NCBI GenBank assembly: GCA_037443035.1 | Contig: JBBIPC010000001.1 | Location: 192,001-256,000 of the forward strand | Direction of reading: 5' to 3' | Length of the DNA: 64,000 bases | Origin: Chthonomonadales bacterium | GTDB taxonomy: Bacteria; Armatimonadota; Chthonomonadetes; Chthonomonadales; CAJBBX01 | Shown here: positions 40,586-48,732 of the stretch, piece after piece | How positions within the stretch are numbered: position 1 is the first letter of the stretch | How the letters are laid out: each line of letters starts with the position of its first letter | Translations under genes and position numbers: made by a program | The notes under the pieces: model-generated | Databases searched by the model: none | Told to the model about the DNA's origin: nothing | Seen by the model: only the letters and a program-made list of their open reading frames with translations

Positions 40586-41004
40586 CGACAGCAGGCCATG
40601 CGCCGCGCGCCGAAGTCGGCGACATCCTGAATCGTGGTCCGTCTCAGGAACCCGATGAGTTGGCTCTGGTGAGCCTTCCAGAACTCGTGAGTTGGACATG
40701 CCTGATCATCGGAACACAAGGTTCCGCCGAAAAGACAGAGAGGTTGTACGGCTGGATCGTCGAGCGCAACACACACCTCGTAGAGCGACACGTCCCTTGC
40801 AGGACGACGCAAGCGGCTGCCGCCGTGTCTCCCACGCTAAGCTGCAACGAGTCCGCGACGACCCAACACAGCCATGATCTTGCATAGGAACGGAGATGGC
40901 ACTTCGGCGAGAGCTGCAACCTGTCGTACGGGAAGGCTATGTCCAGGCCCGTTCGCCAGTACTGCCAGGGCACGTATCGCATATGTGGATGTCCGGCATA
41001 ACAC
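40543..41004 (-). pseudogene. Rrf2-family regulator interrupted by an in-frame TAG at 40837-40839
   Basis: YAIRAL...EVPSPFLCKIM...RRGLVAA*RGRHGGSRLRRPARDVSLYEV...CLFGGTLCSDDQACPTH; both halves in the same frame. Confidence 0.85.
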
Positions 41005-41207
41005 TGTACGGTGGACTATTCGCGGATATAAAACTCCAGAATGCATTCTGCCTTTGGATCGCCCTCGTGTCAACTTCAGAGGTGTCAGCGCGAGACCTGT
41101 GACGCGATGTCAGTGGTTCGCGGCCCCTGACAAGCGTGTGTTATACTCGCACCTAGGAGCTGGCTGGCGGAGAGTTGCAGGGTCCCCTACCAGCCGAATG
41201 GAGGAGT

Positions 41208-42473
41208 ATGAGCAACGAACGATTTCGTGACAATGTGAGCATCACCACGCTGGAGAACGGTCTGCGCGTGGTGTCGGAGTACGTTCCGAATGTGCAGACC
41301 GTTGCGCTCGGCATCTACGTTCGCGTTGGAGCACGCTTCGAGCGTGCCGATGAGGCCGGCCTCACGCATTTCGTGGAGCACATGCTCTTCAAAGGTACGG
41401 GTCGCCGATCCGCGCGCGACTTGGTTGCAGCGATAGAGTCGAGAGGGGGCAACATCAACGCCTTCACGGAGAAGGAGTACACATGCTACTACGTGCGGGC
41501 ATTGGCAGAGGACGTGCCGCTCGCAACCGATATCTTGGCTGACATGATCCGCGATCCGCGGCTTGCAGAGGAGGACATCAACCTCGAGAAGCAAGTCGTC
41601 CTCGAGGAGATCCGCCGTTCCAGGGATGATCCTGAGGACGCGGTTCACGAACTCCTGGACCGGACGTTCTGGCGCGGGCATCCCCTCAGCAGTCCGGTGC
41701 TCGGTACCCCGAGGACCATCGAGAGGCTTACCCGTGAGCAAATCCAGCGCTTCTTAGCCACCCACTATGAACCGACCAGCATCGTTCTATCGGCAGCGGG
41801 GCGTGTTCGTCATAGGGAACTCGTGCGCCTGGCGCGTCGTTACTTCGGAGACATGGTCCCCAGTGCTCGACGCGAGCGGCAGCGGTCTCCCAACTATCGT
41901 CGCGCCGTGGTTAAGCGTCACCGATCTTACGAACAGGTCCTCTTCTGCATAGGAATGCCGGCATACGCGTACCATGACGTGCGTAAGTATCCGATGACCA
42001 TTCTCGATATGGTACTGGGCGGCACGATGAGTTCGCGCCTATTCCAGGAGGTTCGTGAGAAGAGGGGGCTCGCCTACGACATCGGAACGCATGTGGACGG
42101 ATACCGGGATGGCGGGTTGTTCTCTATCAGTGGCGGGACAAGCCCGGCCACGTTCGGTGCGGTCGTGGATCTTATCCACGAGGAGATACGCAAGGTCGTG
42201 GTCCATGGCCTTACGCCGGATGAGCTCGAAGCGGCAAAGAGGCGTCTCAGGGGCCTCATCGTCTTCAGCCTCGAGAGCATGGTCCAGCGCATGATGGGCA
42301 TCGGTCGTTCTTTGCTGTTCCTCGATCGTGTCATCCCGTTGGCAGAGATCCTGCAGCGCGTCGAGGCAGTCACGAATGATGACATTGTAGCAGTAGCGTC
42401 CGATCTCTTCCAGGAAGATCACGAGGTCATCGTGGCTCTCGGACCATTCGGGATTAACGGAGGTCAGGCATGA
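41208..42473 (+). CDS. M16 (pitrilysin-like) zinc peptidase
   Basis: LENGLRVV, HFVEHMLFKG (HxxEH), NAFT, SSRLFQEVREKRGLAY; GGAGG SD. Confidence 0.93.
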   Translation: MSNERFRDNVSITTLENGLRVVSEYVPNVQTVALGIYVRVGARFERADEAGLTHFVEHMLFKGTGRRSARDLVAAIESRGGNINAFTEKEYTCYYVRALAEDVPLATDILADMIRDPRLAEEDINLEKQVVLEEIRRSRDDPEDAVHELLDRTFWRGHPLSSPVLGTPRTIERLTREQIQRFLATHYEPTSIVLSAAGRVRHRELVRLARRYFGDMVPSARRERQRSPNYRRAVVKRHRSYEQVLFCIGMPAYAYHDVRKYPMTILDMVLGGTMSSRLFQEVREKRGLAYDIGTHVDGYRDGGLFSISGGTSPATFGAVVDLIHEEIRKVVVHGLTPDELEAAKRRLRGLIVFSLESMVQRMMGIGRSLLFLDRVIPLAEILQRVEAVTNDDIVAVASDLFQEDHEVIVALGPFGINGGQA

Positions 42474-43261
42474 TCAGTGTCGCCGTAGCCGGCGCTGCCG
42501 GGCGAATGGGTCGTGAAGTGGTCCGCACCCTCCTTCAGCAGGCGGATATGCGACTTGCCGCCGCGTATGACGTCACGGAGCGAGGCTCCGACGCGGCTGT
42601 CCTGGCAGGTGGGACAGCCTGTGGCGTAACCGTGACCGAGCTGACTGGCGCGACCCTGGCGAGCAGTGGTTCGCAGGTCCTGGTGGACTTCACTACGGCA
42701 GAATCAGCGGCTGCGAATGCCCAGCTTGCCCTGTCCCAGAATGTCTCGCCGGTGATAGGTACGACGGGCATGGGCGAAGCGCAGTTGGACAAGCTTGCAT
42801 CTCTGGCCCGGTCAAAGGGCATCGGAGCCATCTACGCGCCCAATTTCTCGATTGGCGCTGTGCTGATGATGCACTTAGCTAAGGTAGCCGCCCGGTTCCT
42901 GGACCGTGCCGAGATAGTCGAGTTGCATCACGACGCGAAGAAGGACGCACCATCAGGTACGGCCAGGCTCACTGCTCAGCGGATCGCCAGCATCTGGCAG
43001 TCATCAGCATCCTCGGCGTCTGGCCCAAGCACCCCGGCCCGTGGCGAAACGGTCGAGGGCGTCCCCATCCACAGCGTTCGACTCCCGGGTCTGATAGCGC
43101 ACCAAGAGGTCATCTTTGGTGCACAAGGTCAGACGCTGACGATCCGACACGACAGCCTGGACCGTGTATCGTTCATGCCGGGCATATTGTTGGCTATCCG
43201 ACGTGTTCGCGACCTTCCTGGCCTCGTCGTCGGTCTCGATACGCTTCTCGGCCTCGAATAG
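42470..43261 (+). CDS. dapB: 4-hydroxy-tetrahydrodipicolinate reductase
   Basis: GAAGRMG, DFT, IGTTG, PNFSIG, ELHHDAKKDAPSGTA. Confidence 0.96.
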   Translation: MISVAVAGAAGRMGREVVRTLLQQADMRLAAAYDVTERGSDAAVLAGGTACGVTVTELTGATLASSGSQVLVDFTTAESAAANAQLALSQNVSPVIGTTGMGEAQLDKLASLARSKGIGAIYAPNFSIGAVLMMHLAKVAARFLDRAEIVELHHDAKKDAPSGTARLTAQRIASIWQSSASSASGPSTPARGETVEGVPIHSVRLPGLIAHQEVIFGAQGQTLTIRHDSLDRVSFMPGILLAIRRVRDLPGLVVGLDTLLGLE

Positions 43262-43291
43262 CACGCACGACCAGACTGCGCGAGGGGCGTC

Positions 43292-43840
43292 ATGCCCGCT
43301 GAGAACCCTACCACCGACGGCCTCCTGCCTGACATTCTTGCGCCAGGTCTGGATGTCATCTTCGTCGGCGCCGCGCCGAGCCCGGCCGCAGCCATGGCCG
43401 GTCACTACTATGCCGGTTCCCGCAACCGTTTCTGGGATCTACTCTACCGTGCCGGCTTCACACCAAAGCGTCTCGATGCAGAGCAGGACCATGAGGTGCT
43501 CTATTACGGAATCGGATTGACCGCGGTATATGTGGATCGCATTTCCGTCGCGAACCATCTCCTGCCGCCGCCTGATGAGAGCACGCTGGCGGCCCTCCAT
43601 CGGAAGCTCGAGCGTTTCTCCCCTCGAGTGGTGTGTTACAATGGAAAAGATGTGTGCCGTATGTGTACGGGCGAGGAAAACCCGCCCTGGGGAGAGATGC
43701 CGGAATACCTTGGCCGATCCATCCAGTTCGTCGCCCATAGCAGCAGTGGAAGGGCCGATCGTTGGGGTGTGGAACGGCTGGAACTGTACTGCCAGCTGCG
43801 GCAACTCGTGGAGGATCTGCGAACGGCTTCACGCCCCTAA
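43292..43840 (+). CDS. mug: G:T/U mismatch-specific DNA glycosylase
   Basis: LPDILAPGLDVIFVG, GHYYAGSRNRFW, YGIGLT, SSSG. Confidence 0.85.
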   Translation: MPAENPTTDGLLPDILAPGLDVIFVGAAPSPAAAMAGHYYAGSRNRFWDLLYRAGFTPKRLDAEQDHEVLYYGIGLTAVYVDRISVANHLLPPPDESTLAALHRKLERFSPRVVCYNGKDVCRMCTGEENPPWGEMPEYLGRSIQFVAHSSSGRADRWGVERLELYCQLRQLVEDLRTASRP

Positions 43841-43868
43841 CGGAACACATGGGCCGGTGGTATTCCGT

Positions 43869-44198
43869 ATGATCTATCGTAGCATGGGAGCGAGTCTGAG
43901 GGGACCAGCACGGCTGTCCGTCCTGCTTGCGGCGATCTGTACCTTTCTGATCGCTCTAGCAGGCAGTTTCGGACACACGCACCGTTCGGACGGCGGTGCA
44001 ACCTCGTCCGTACGGGCGGAGGGCCATGGCTGTGTGGCGTGTTCCCTCTTGGGCTTCGAAAGGCCGCCGATCGAAGATCGTCCCTCCTCTCAGGGACCAC
44101 TGATTTGGGCAGCGATAGATAGCCCCCTCCGCACCGACGCACCGACCCTCTCGGTCGCGCACCCTCCAACCCTCCGAGGCCCCCCTACCCTTTCGTAA
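43869..44198 (+). CDS. DUF2946-like leader peptide with HxH, CxxC and C-terminal RGPP (start ATG 43869 or 43884)
   Basis: RLSVLLAAICTFLIALAGSFG-HTH...GHGCVAC...Pro-rich linker...LRGPPTLS*. Confidence 0.75.
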   Translation: MIYRSMGASLRGPARLSVLLAAICTFLIALAGSFGHTHRSDGGATSSVRAEGHGCVACSLLGFERPPIEDRPSSQGPLIWAAIDSPLRTDAPTLSVAHPPTLRGPPTLS

Positions 44199-44300
44199 TG
44201 CAGTCCACCTGGTAGCCGGTTCACCTGGTTCCGGCCCAGCCTGATGGTGGAGCCACGCTAGCTGCACGCTAAGCACTTCGATCTGCTAAACGAAAGGGTA
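44186..44300 (+). promoter_or_regulatory. putative SD-sequestering RNA structure (translational attenuator)
   Basis: TACCCTTTCGT (44186-44196) is the exact reverse complement of ACGAAAGGGTA (44290-44300), which holds the SD for ATG 44309; nested stems TGCAG/CTGCA, TCCACC/GGTGGA, GCCGG/CCGGC. Confidence 0.7.
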
Positions 44301-44308
44301 CGAAACAC

Positions 44309-45598
44309 ATGTCTGCTTGTCTCCAGCGCATGGCGACTTGCGCCATGCTCCTGCTTGCGACATTCGTTCCAGTCAGAGCGGATGAAGAACAGGGCCTCGA
44401 GAAGGTGGTGGCCGACCTTCGGAAGGTAGTCGCAGAACAACAGAAACTCATCGCCGAGCTCCAAGACCGGGTTAGGCGCTTGGAGAGCACTAGAAATGGC
44501 GAAACCGAGGAGATCCCGATCCCGCCTGTCGAGATACCGGAGCAGACCCCCGCAACGGTCTCGAGACCAGCTCCCTCCAGCTTCATGCCGGACTTCGCCG
44601 TCATCGGCAACCACCGTGGGACATTCCTTGTCCCGAGGGGATATGACGCACGGAATAGGTTCCAGTTAAGCGAGCTGGAGCTCGCCCTACAGCAACCGAT
44701 CTACACCGGGATGAACTTCTATGCCACGATTGCCGGTGGTGCTGATGCCGGATTCGGTATGGCGGTGGAAGAAGGGTATGTGACGCTGTCACGTCCGTTC
44801 AAGCTGCCCGTGGATGCCGTTGTGGGTAAGCGGCGGATGCAGTTCGGCAAGACGAACCAGCTCCACCCGCACCAATGGCGCTTTGTCGATGCCCCAGCAC
44901 CAATCGCGGCGTTTCTCGGCGAAGAAGGTCTGTTCGGCAACGGCGCATCCGTGAATTACACTCTTCCCAGCCGGAATACGTTCGTGAATCTGGAACTGGG
45001 TCTGTGGGGAGCGTCGAGCGCTCATCCCCACGAACACAGCGACACTGCGGACACCCATGCATACGAGCTTGGCGCGGGATTCGCGGGAGACATGCCCGTG
45101 GGGCGCCTATGGGTGTCACGATCCCTCTCGCCCGCGTCGGAGGTCGAGCTCGGAGCTAGTCACGCCCTAGGCAAGGGTGAAAACGGCGATCCCATTCGCC
45201 TAACAGGGCTGGACCTAACCTATCGAGGATTCCCCGGGACTTTCAGCCGGTATCAAGCACAGGGTGAGATCTTCTGGCACGCCCGAAACGACCGTACCGG
45301 TGGCACGGGTACTCACACTCGGTCTGGCCACTTCGCACTTCTAACTTACTCTCCAAACCAGTACTTCGAATATGGCCTGCGGTACGACAACACCCGGTAC
45401 CCCTGGCCCATCGAGGGAAGGGATCAGAGCCTCTCGCTCATCCTCACCAATCGCTTGAGCGAGGCTACGCTCGTACGGCTCCAGTACAAGTTCGGTGACC
45501 GCACCAGCGACGTTTTCTTGCCGGCAAGACGCGGCTACAGCGAGGTCTTCCTCCAGTTCATCTGGGGAGCCGGCTCCCACACACACCCGCTCCAATGA
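44309..45598 (+). CDS. putative outer-membrane beta-barrel metal porin with N-terminal coiled coil
   Basis: Signal peptide, coiled coil, alternating beta strands, NQLHPHQW, His-rich loop HPHEHSDTADTH, C-terminal FLQFIWGAGSHTHPLQ. Confidence 0.75.
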   Translation: MSACLQRMATCAMLLLATFVPVRADEEQGLEKVVADLRKVVAEQQKLIAELQDRVRRLESTRNGETEEIPIPPVEIPEQTPATVSRPAPSSFMPDFAVIGNHRGTFLVPRGYDARNRFQLSELELALQQPIYTGMNFYATIAGGADAGFGMAVEEGYVTLSRPFKLPVDAVVGKRRMQFGKTNQLHPHQWRFVDAPAPIAAFLGEEGLFGNGASVNYTLPSRNTFVNLELGLWGASSAHPHEHSDTADTHAYELGAGFAGDMPVGRLWVSRSLSPASEVELGASHALGKGENGDPIRLTGLDLTYRGFPGTFSRYQAQGEIFWHARNDRTGGTGTHTRSGHFALLTYSPNQYFEYGLRYDNTRYPWPIEGRDQSLSLILTNRLSEATLVRLQYKFGDRTSDVFLPARRGYSEVFLQFIWGAGSHTHPLQ

Positions 45599-45614
45599 AA
45601 GGAAGTACGAACGG

Positions 45615-46529
45615 ATGAAACACTTGTATCACATCCTTACCCTCGGTGCACTCGCTGTCTTGGGGGCCGCTGCTGCCGCCGCACCGTTAAAGGTTGTTAC
45701 CACGGACACGAATCTGGCTGATATTGCCTCGAAGGTGGGGGGCGACCGTGTTCGAGTGGAGTCTTTGAGTCGCGGCACGGACGACCCGCATCAGGTCGAA
45801 CCGCGTCCTTCTATGGTTGTGAAGCTCGCGTCCGCGGATGTCTTTGCGCGCATCGGCATGGATCTTGACCTTTGGGCCGATGGCATTCTCGAACGATGCG
45901 GCAACCGAAAAGTGCAGAAGGGCGGCCCCGGATATGCCGACTGTTCAGCGAACATCCGCGTGCTGGAAGTCCCAACCACACGGCTCGACCCATCCATGGG
46001 CGACATTCACGTCTATGGCAATCCTCATTATCTGCTCGACCCCGCCAACGGTATCGTAGCTGCCGGTAACATCGCAGCTGCTCTGATACGCGTGGATCCT
46101 GCCGGACAGGCGTACTACCGCAAGCGGTTCCTGGATTTTGGCGAGGCCATGAAACAGCATCTCGAAAAATGGCAGAAGGCCCTCGCAGGATTGAAGGGCC
46201 AGTCCATTGTCGTCTACCACCGCAATTGGATCTACTTCACCAAGCGCTTCGGTCTTGTGGAGTTTAGCGCTATCGAACCTAAGCCTGGGGTGCCGCCGTC
46301 ACCCGGGTACGTACAGGGCCTGATCCGATTGATGAAGGCGCATACCGTCAGGATCGTCCTTTGCGAGACCTTCCGGAGCCACCAATATCCTGACATGATC
46401 GCCGCCCAGACAGGTGCTCGCGCTGTGTTCGTCCCACTTGCGGTCGGCGGCGAGGCAGCAGCAACGGACTACTTCGCACTGTTCGACGTCATCACGTCGA
46501 GACTCGCATCTGGCGCCAGGCAGCCGTGA
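45615..46529 (+). CDS. metal ABC transporter substrate-binding protein (ZnuA/cluster A-I)
   Basis: Signal peptide; DPHQVE, GDIHVYGNPHYLLDP, YH, EPKPGVPPS. Confidence 0.88.
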   Translation: MKHLYHILTLGALAVLGAAAAAAPLKVVTTDTNLADIASKVGGDRVRVESLSRGTDDPHQVEPRPSMVVKLASADVFARIGMDLDLWADGILERCGNRKVQKGGPGYADCSANIRVLEVPTTRLDPSMGDIHVYGNPHYLLDPANGIVAAGNIAAALIRVDPAGQAYYRKRFLDFGEAMKQHLEKWQKALAGLKGQSIVVYHRNWIYFTKRFGLVEFSAIEPKPGVPPSPGYVQGLIRLMKAHTVRIVLCETFRSHQYPDMIAAQTGARAVFVPLAVGGEAAATDYFALFDVITSRLASGARQP

Positions 46530-47290
46530 ACGCACTGATTTCCTTCGAGCACGCTCGTCTTGGATATCGCGAGCCCGTACTGGACGATGTCTGTCTGGAT
46601 GTGTTTCCGGGAGACTACCTCGGCATCGTTGGACCGAACGGCGCTGGCAAGACGACACTCTTGAGAGCCATCCTGGGACTGATCCGGCCACTGGCCGGGT
46701 CAGTCCGAAGCCCGGGTCCGGAACACCGCATTGGTTACGTGCCCCAGCGAGACACGCTCGACTCTCTCTTTCCTCTTAGTGTGCTCGACATTGTGCTCAT
46801 GGGCCTCTATCACACTTTGGGTCCAGTCCGTCGCCCAGGACCCAAGGAGCGCCGTTCAGCCATGGATGTTCTCGAGGATCTCGGTATAGGCGATCTGGCC
46901 AGTCGGAGCTACCGGAGCCTCTCTGGGGGCCAGAAACAGCGATGCATCATTGCCAGAGCGTTGATATCGAAGCCGGAGGTCCTCGTACTCGATGAGCCTA
47001 CGAATGGGATGGACTTGCCGGCCGAGCATGGCATCGTGAGTCTCATAGACCACCTCCACGCAGAGCACTCGCTGACTGTCCTCTTCGTCAGTCACATGCT
47101 GCATGTGGTTCTGAACCACGCCAGTCGCCTGGCCATCGTCGGGGACGGCAGGGTTGTTACGCTGGATGCAAGCACGGATTCGCTAGGGGATCAGTTGGCG
47201 GCCGTCTACGGAATGCCTGTGGACGTGCATGATGTACGGGGCAGCGTCGTCGTGCTGGCTCGGCAACAGCCGGATGGGGGTTCGACATGA
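46526..47290 (+). CDS. metal ABC transporter ATPase (ZnuC-like)
   Basis: GPNGAGKTT, IGYVPQ, LSGGQKQR, LDEPT, VSH. Confidence 0.9.
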   Translation: MNALISFEHARLGYREPVLDDVCLDVFPGDYLGIVGPNGAGKTTLLRAILGLIRPLAGSVRSPGPEHRIGYVPQRDTLDSLFPLSVLDIVLMGLYHTLGPVRRPGPKERRSAMDVLEDLGIGDLASRSYRSLSGGQKQRCIIARALISKPEVLVLDEPTNGMDLPAEHGIVSLIDHLHAEHSLTVLFVSHMLHVVLNHASRLAIVGDGRVVTLDASTDSLGDQLAAVYGMPVDVHDVRGSVVVLARQQPDGGST

Positions 47291-48186
47291 GTTGGCAGGA
47301 TGTCTGGGCAGGTCTGCATCTGAACTCGACGGGCGTGATGGCCGCGGTGCTAGTGGGGTTGGTGTGCGCGTATCTCGGCGTCTTCGTGGTCCTGAAGCGC
47401 GTTGTGTTCGTCGGTCTGACGCTCGCGCAACTGTCTGGAGCGGGCATCGGGCTTGCCTTTCTGCTCGGGCCTGTTCTGGGAGCCCTTGGTCATCGCTATG
47501 CCCACTCGGTCTGGCCCGTGGGCCAAGTGGGTACTAGCCTCGAGTGGATTGCGGCAAGACCTCTATGCATCTCGCTCGTGGTCACACTGCTGGGGATCTG
47601 GCTTCTTGCCAGGCACTCCTGGTCTCACGTGGTCCCACGCGACAGTATCGTCGGAGCTGCTTACGTGGCGGCGTATGGCATGACCCTGCTGTTCATCCTT
47701 CGTAGCCCCAAAGGCATGGAAGACGTGCGGGAATTGCTCGATGGCAGCGTCATTGCGACGTCTCCGGCAGATCTGATGATGCTAGCCTTGGTCCTCGGCA
47801 CGGTGCTCGTTATTCATGCGTTGTTCTACAAGCAGCATCTGTTTGTCGCCTTCGACCCGGAGGCTGCAGCCGCCCAGTCGTACCATGTCGCGGGATGGGA
47901 AGCCCTGTTCTATGTGACGCTAGGAGTCGCCATAACAGTCGCCATGCGCCAGGCAGGGATCCTGCTCGTATTCGCTTATCTGGTGGTCCCACCCATCGTG
48001 GGACTGGTCGCTGCCAGACGTATGGGCAGTGTGCTCGGCATTGCGCTTCTGAGCGCAGGTCTCTCGGCTATCCTTGGCTTCGTCTTAGCGCTGAAATGGG
48101 ATCTCCCGCTGAGCCCACCGACAATCGGCGTGGGCCTCGGCCTGTTAGCGGTAGCTGCCCTGGCGAGACGTCGCTCGCCTGCGTGA
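47287..48186 (+). CDS. metal ABC transporter permease (ZnuB/ABC-3)
   Basis: YLGVFVVLKR, FDPE, GILLV; multiple TM helices. Confidence 0.88.
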   Translation: MSWQDVWAGLHLNSTGVMAAVLVGLVCAYLGVFVVLKRVVFVGLTLAQLSGAGIGLAFLLGPVLGALGHRYAHSVWPVGQVGTSLEWIAARPLCISLVVTLLGIWLLARHSWSHVVPRDSIVGAAYVAAYGMTLLFILRSPKGMEDVRELLDGSVIATSPADLMMLALVLGTVLVIHALFYKQHLFVAFDPEAAAAQSYHVAGWEALFYVTLGVAITVAMRQAGILLVFAYLVVPPIVGLVAARRMGSVLGIALLSAGLSAILGFVLALKWDLPLSPPTIGVGLGLLAVAALARRRSPA

Positions 48187-48216
48187 GAGGGTGACCATGA
48201 CCAGCTTCCGCTCGCC

Positions 48217-48495
48217 TCAGGTGAACAGCGTAGCGATTACGTAGCCGAGGAGGAACAACAGCAGTGGTATGGCAATGGCCGCGAGGATCACCAGACCTCG
48301 CTTGCCCGAGACGTTGAATGGGGCCATCTCACCACAGAAAGGACAGCGTGACCATCGCCGGCCGATCATGCGACCGCACGCGGGGCACGGAGCCATACGA
48401 GAGTGAGAACGATGCCTTCGGCTGTGGCGATGCTTGCGCGCCGTCTCAGGCTGCGCTGACCCGGTTTCCCCGGAGGTTGCCTCGGGCTCTGCCAT
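48217..48495 (-). CDS. small zinc-ribbon membrane protein with His/Arg-rich segment
   Basis: KHRHSRRHRSH, CPAC...CPFC, C-terminal TM helix; GAGG SD. Confidence 0.65.
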   Translation of the reverse strand: MAEPEATSGETGSAQPETARKHRHSRRHRSHSRMAPCPACGRMIGRRWSRCPFCGEMAPFNVSGKRGLVILAAIAIPLLLFLLGYVIATLFT

Positions 48496-48589
48496 TCCTC
48501 TTACTACCAACTTCCACTACTCGTCCACGCAACACGACGGCACGCAGCGACGCGTCCTCCCGAGAGCGAAGGTCGTTCCGCGTAGTTGC

Positions 48590-48664
48590 TGGTGGGCGAT
48601 ACAAGATTTGAACTTGTGACCTCCTCGGTGTCAACGAGGCGCTCTCCCCCTGAGCTAACCGCCC
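48590..48664 (-). tRNA. tRNA-Val(GAC), CCA encoded
   Basis: GGGCGGT/ATCGCCC acceptor, CCTCG-TTGACAC-CGAGG, TTCAAAT loop, ACCA end. Confidence 0.95.
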
Positions 48665-48732
48665 ACGAACGAGTACTATATAGCGCATAAGCGCTACCCA
48701 ATGCAAGTGCATGGGACGGCTCTACGGAAAGC

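Noticed and set aside
39977..40699. 240-aa ORF as an intact Sel1 protein
   Set aside because: Only about 50 aa are Sel1-like; the rest is off-frame sequence and antisense tRNA-Gly
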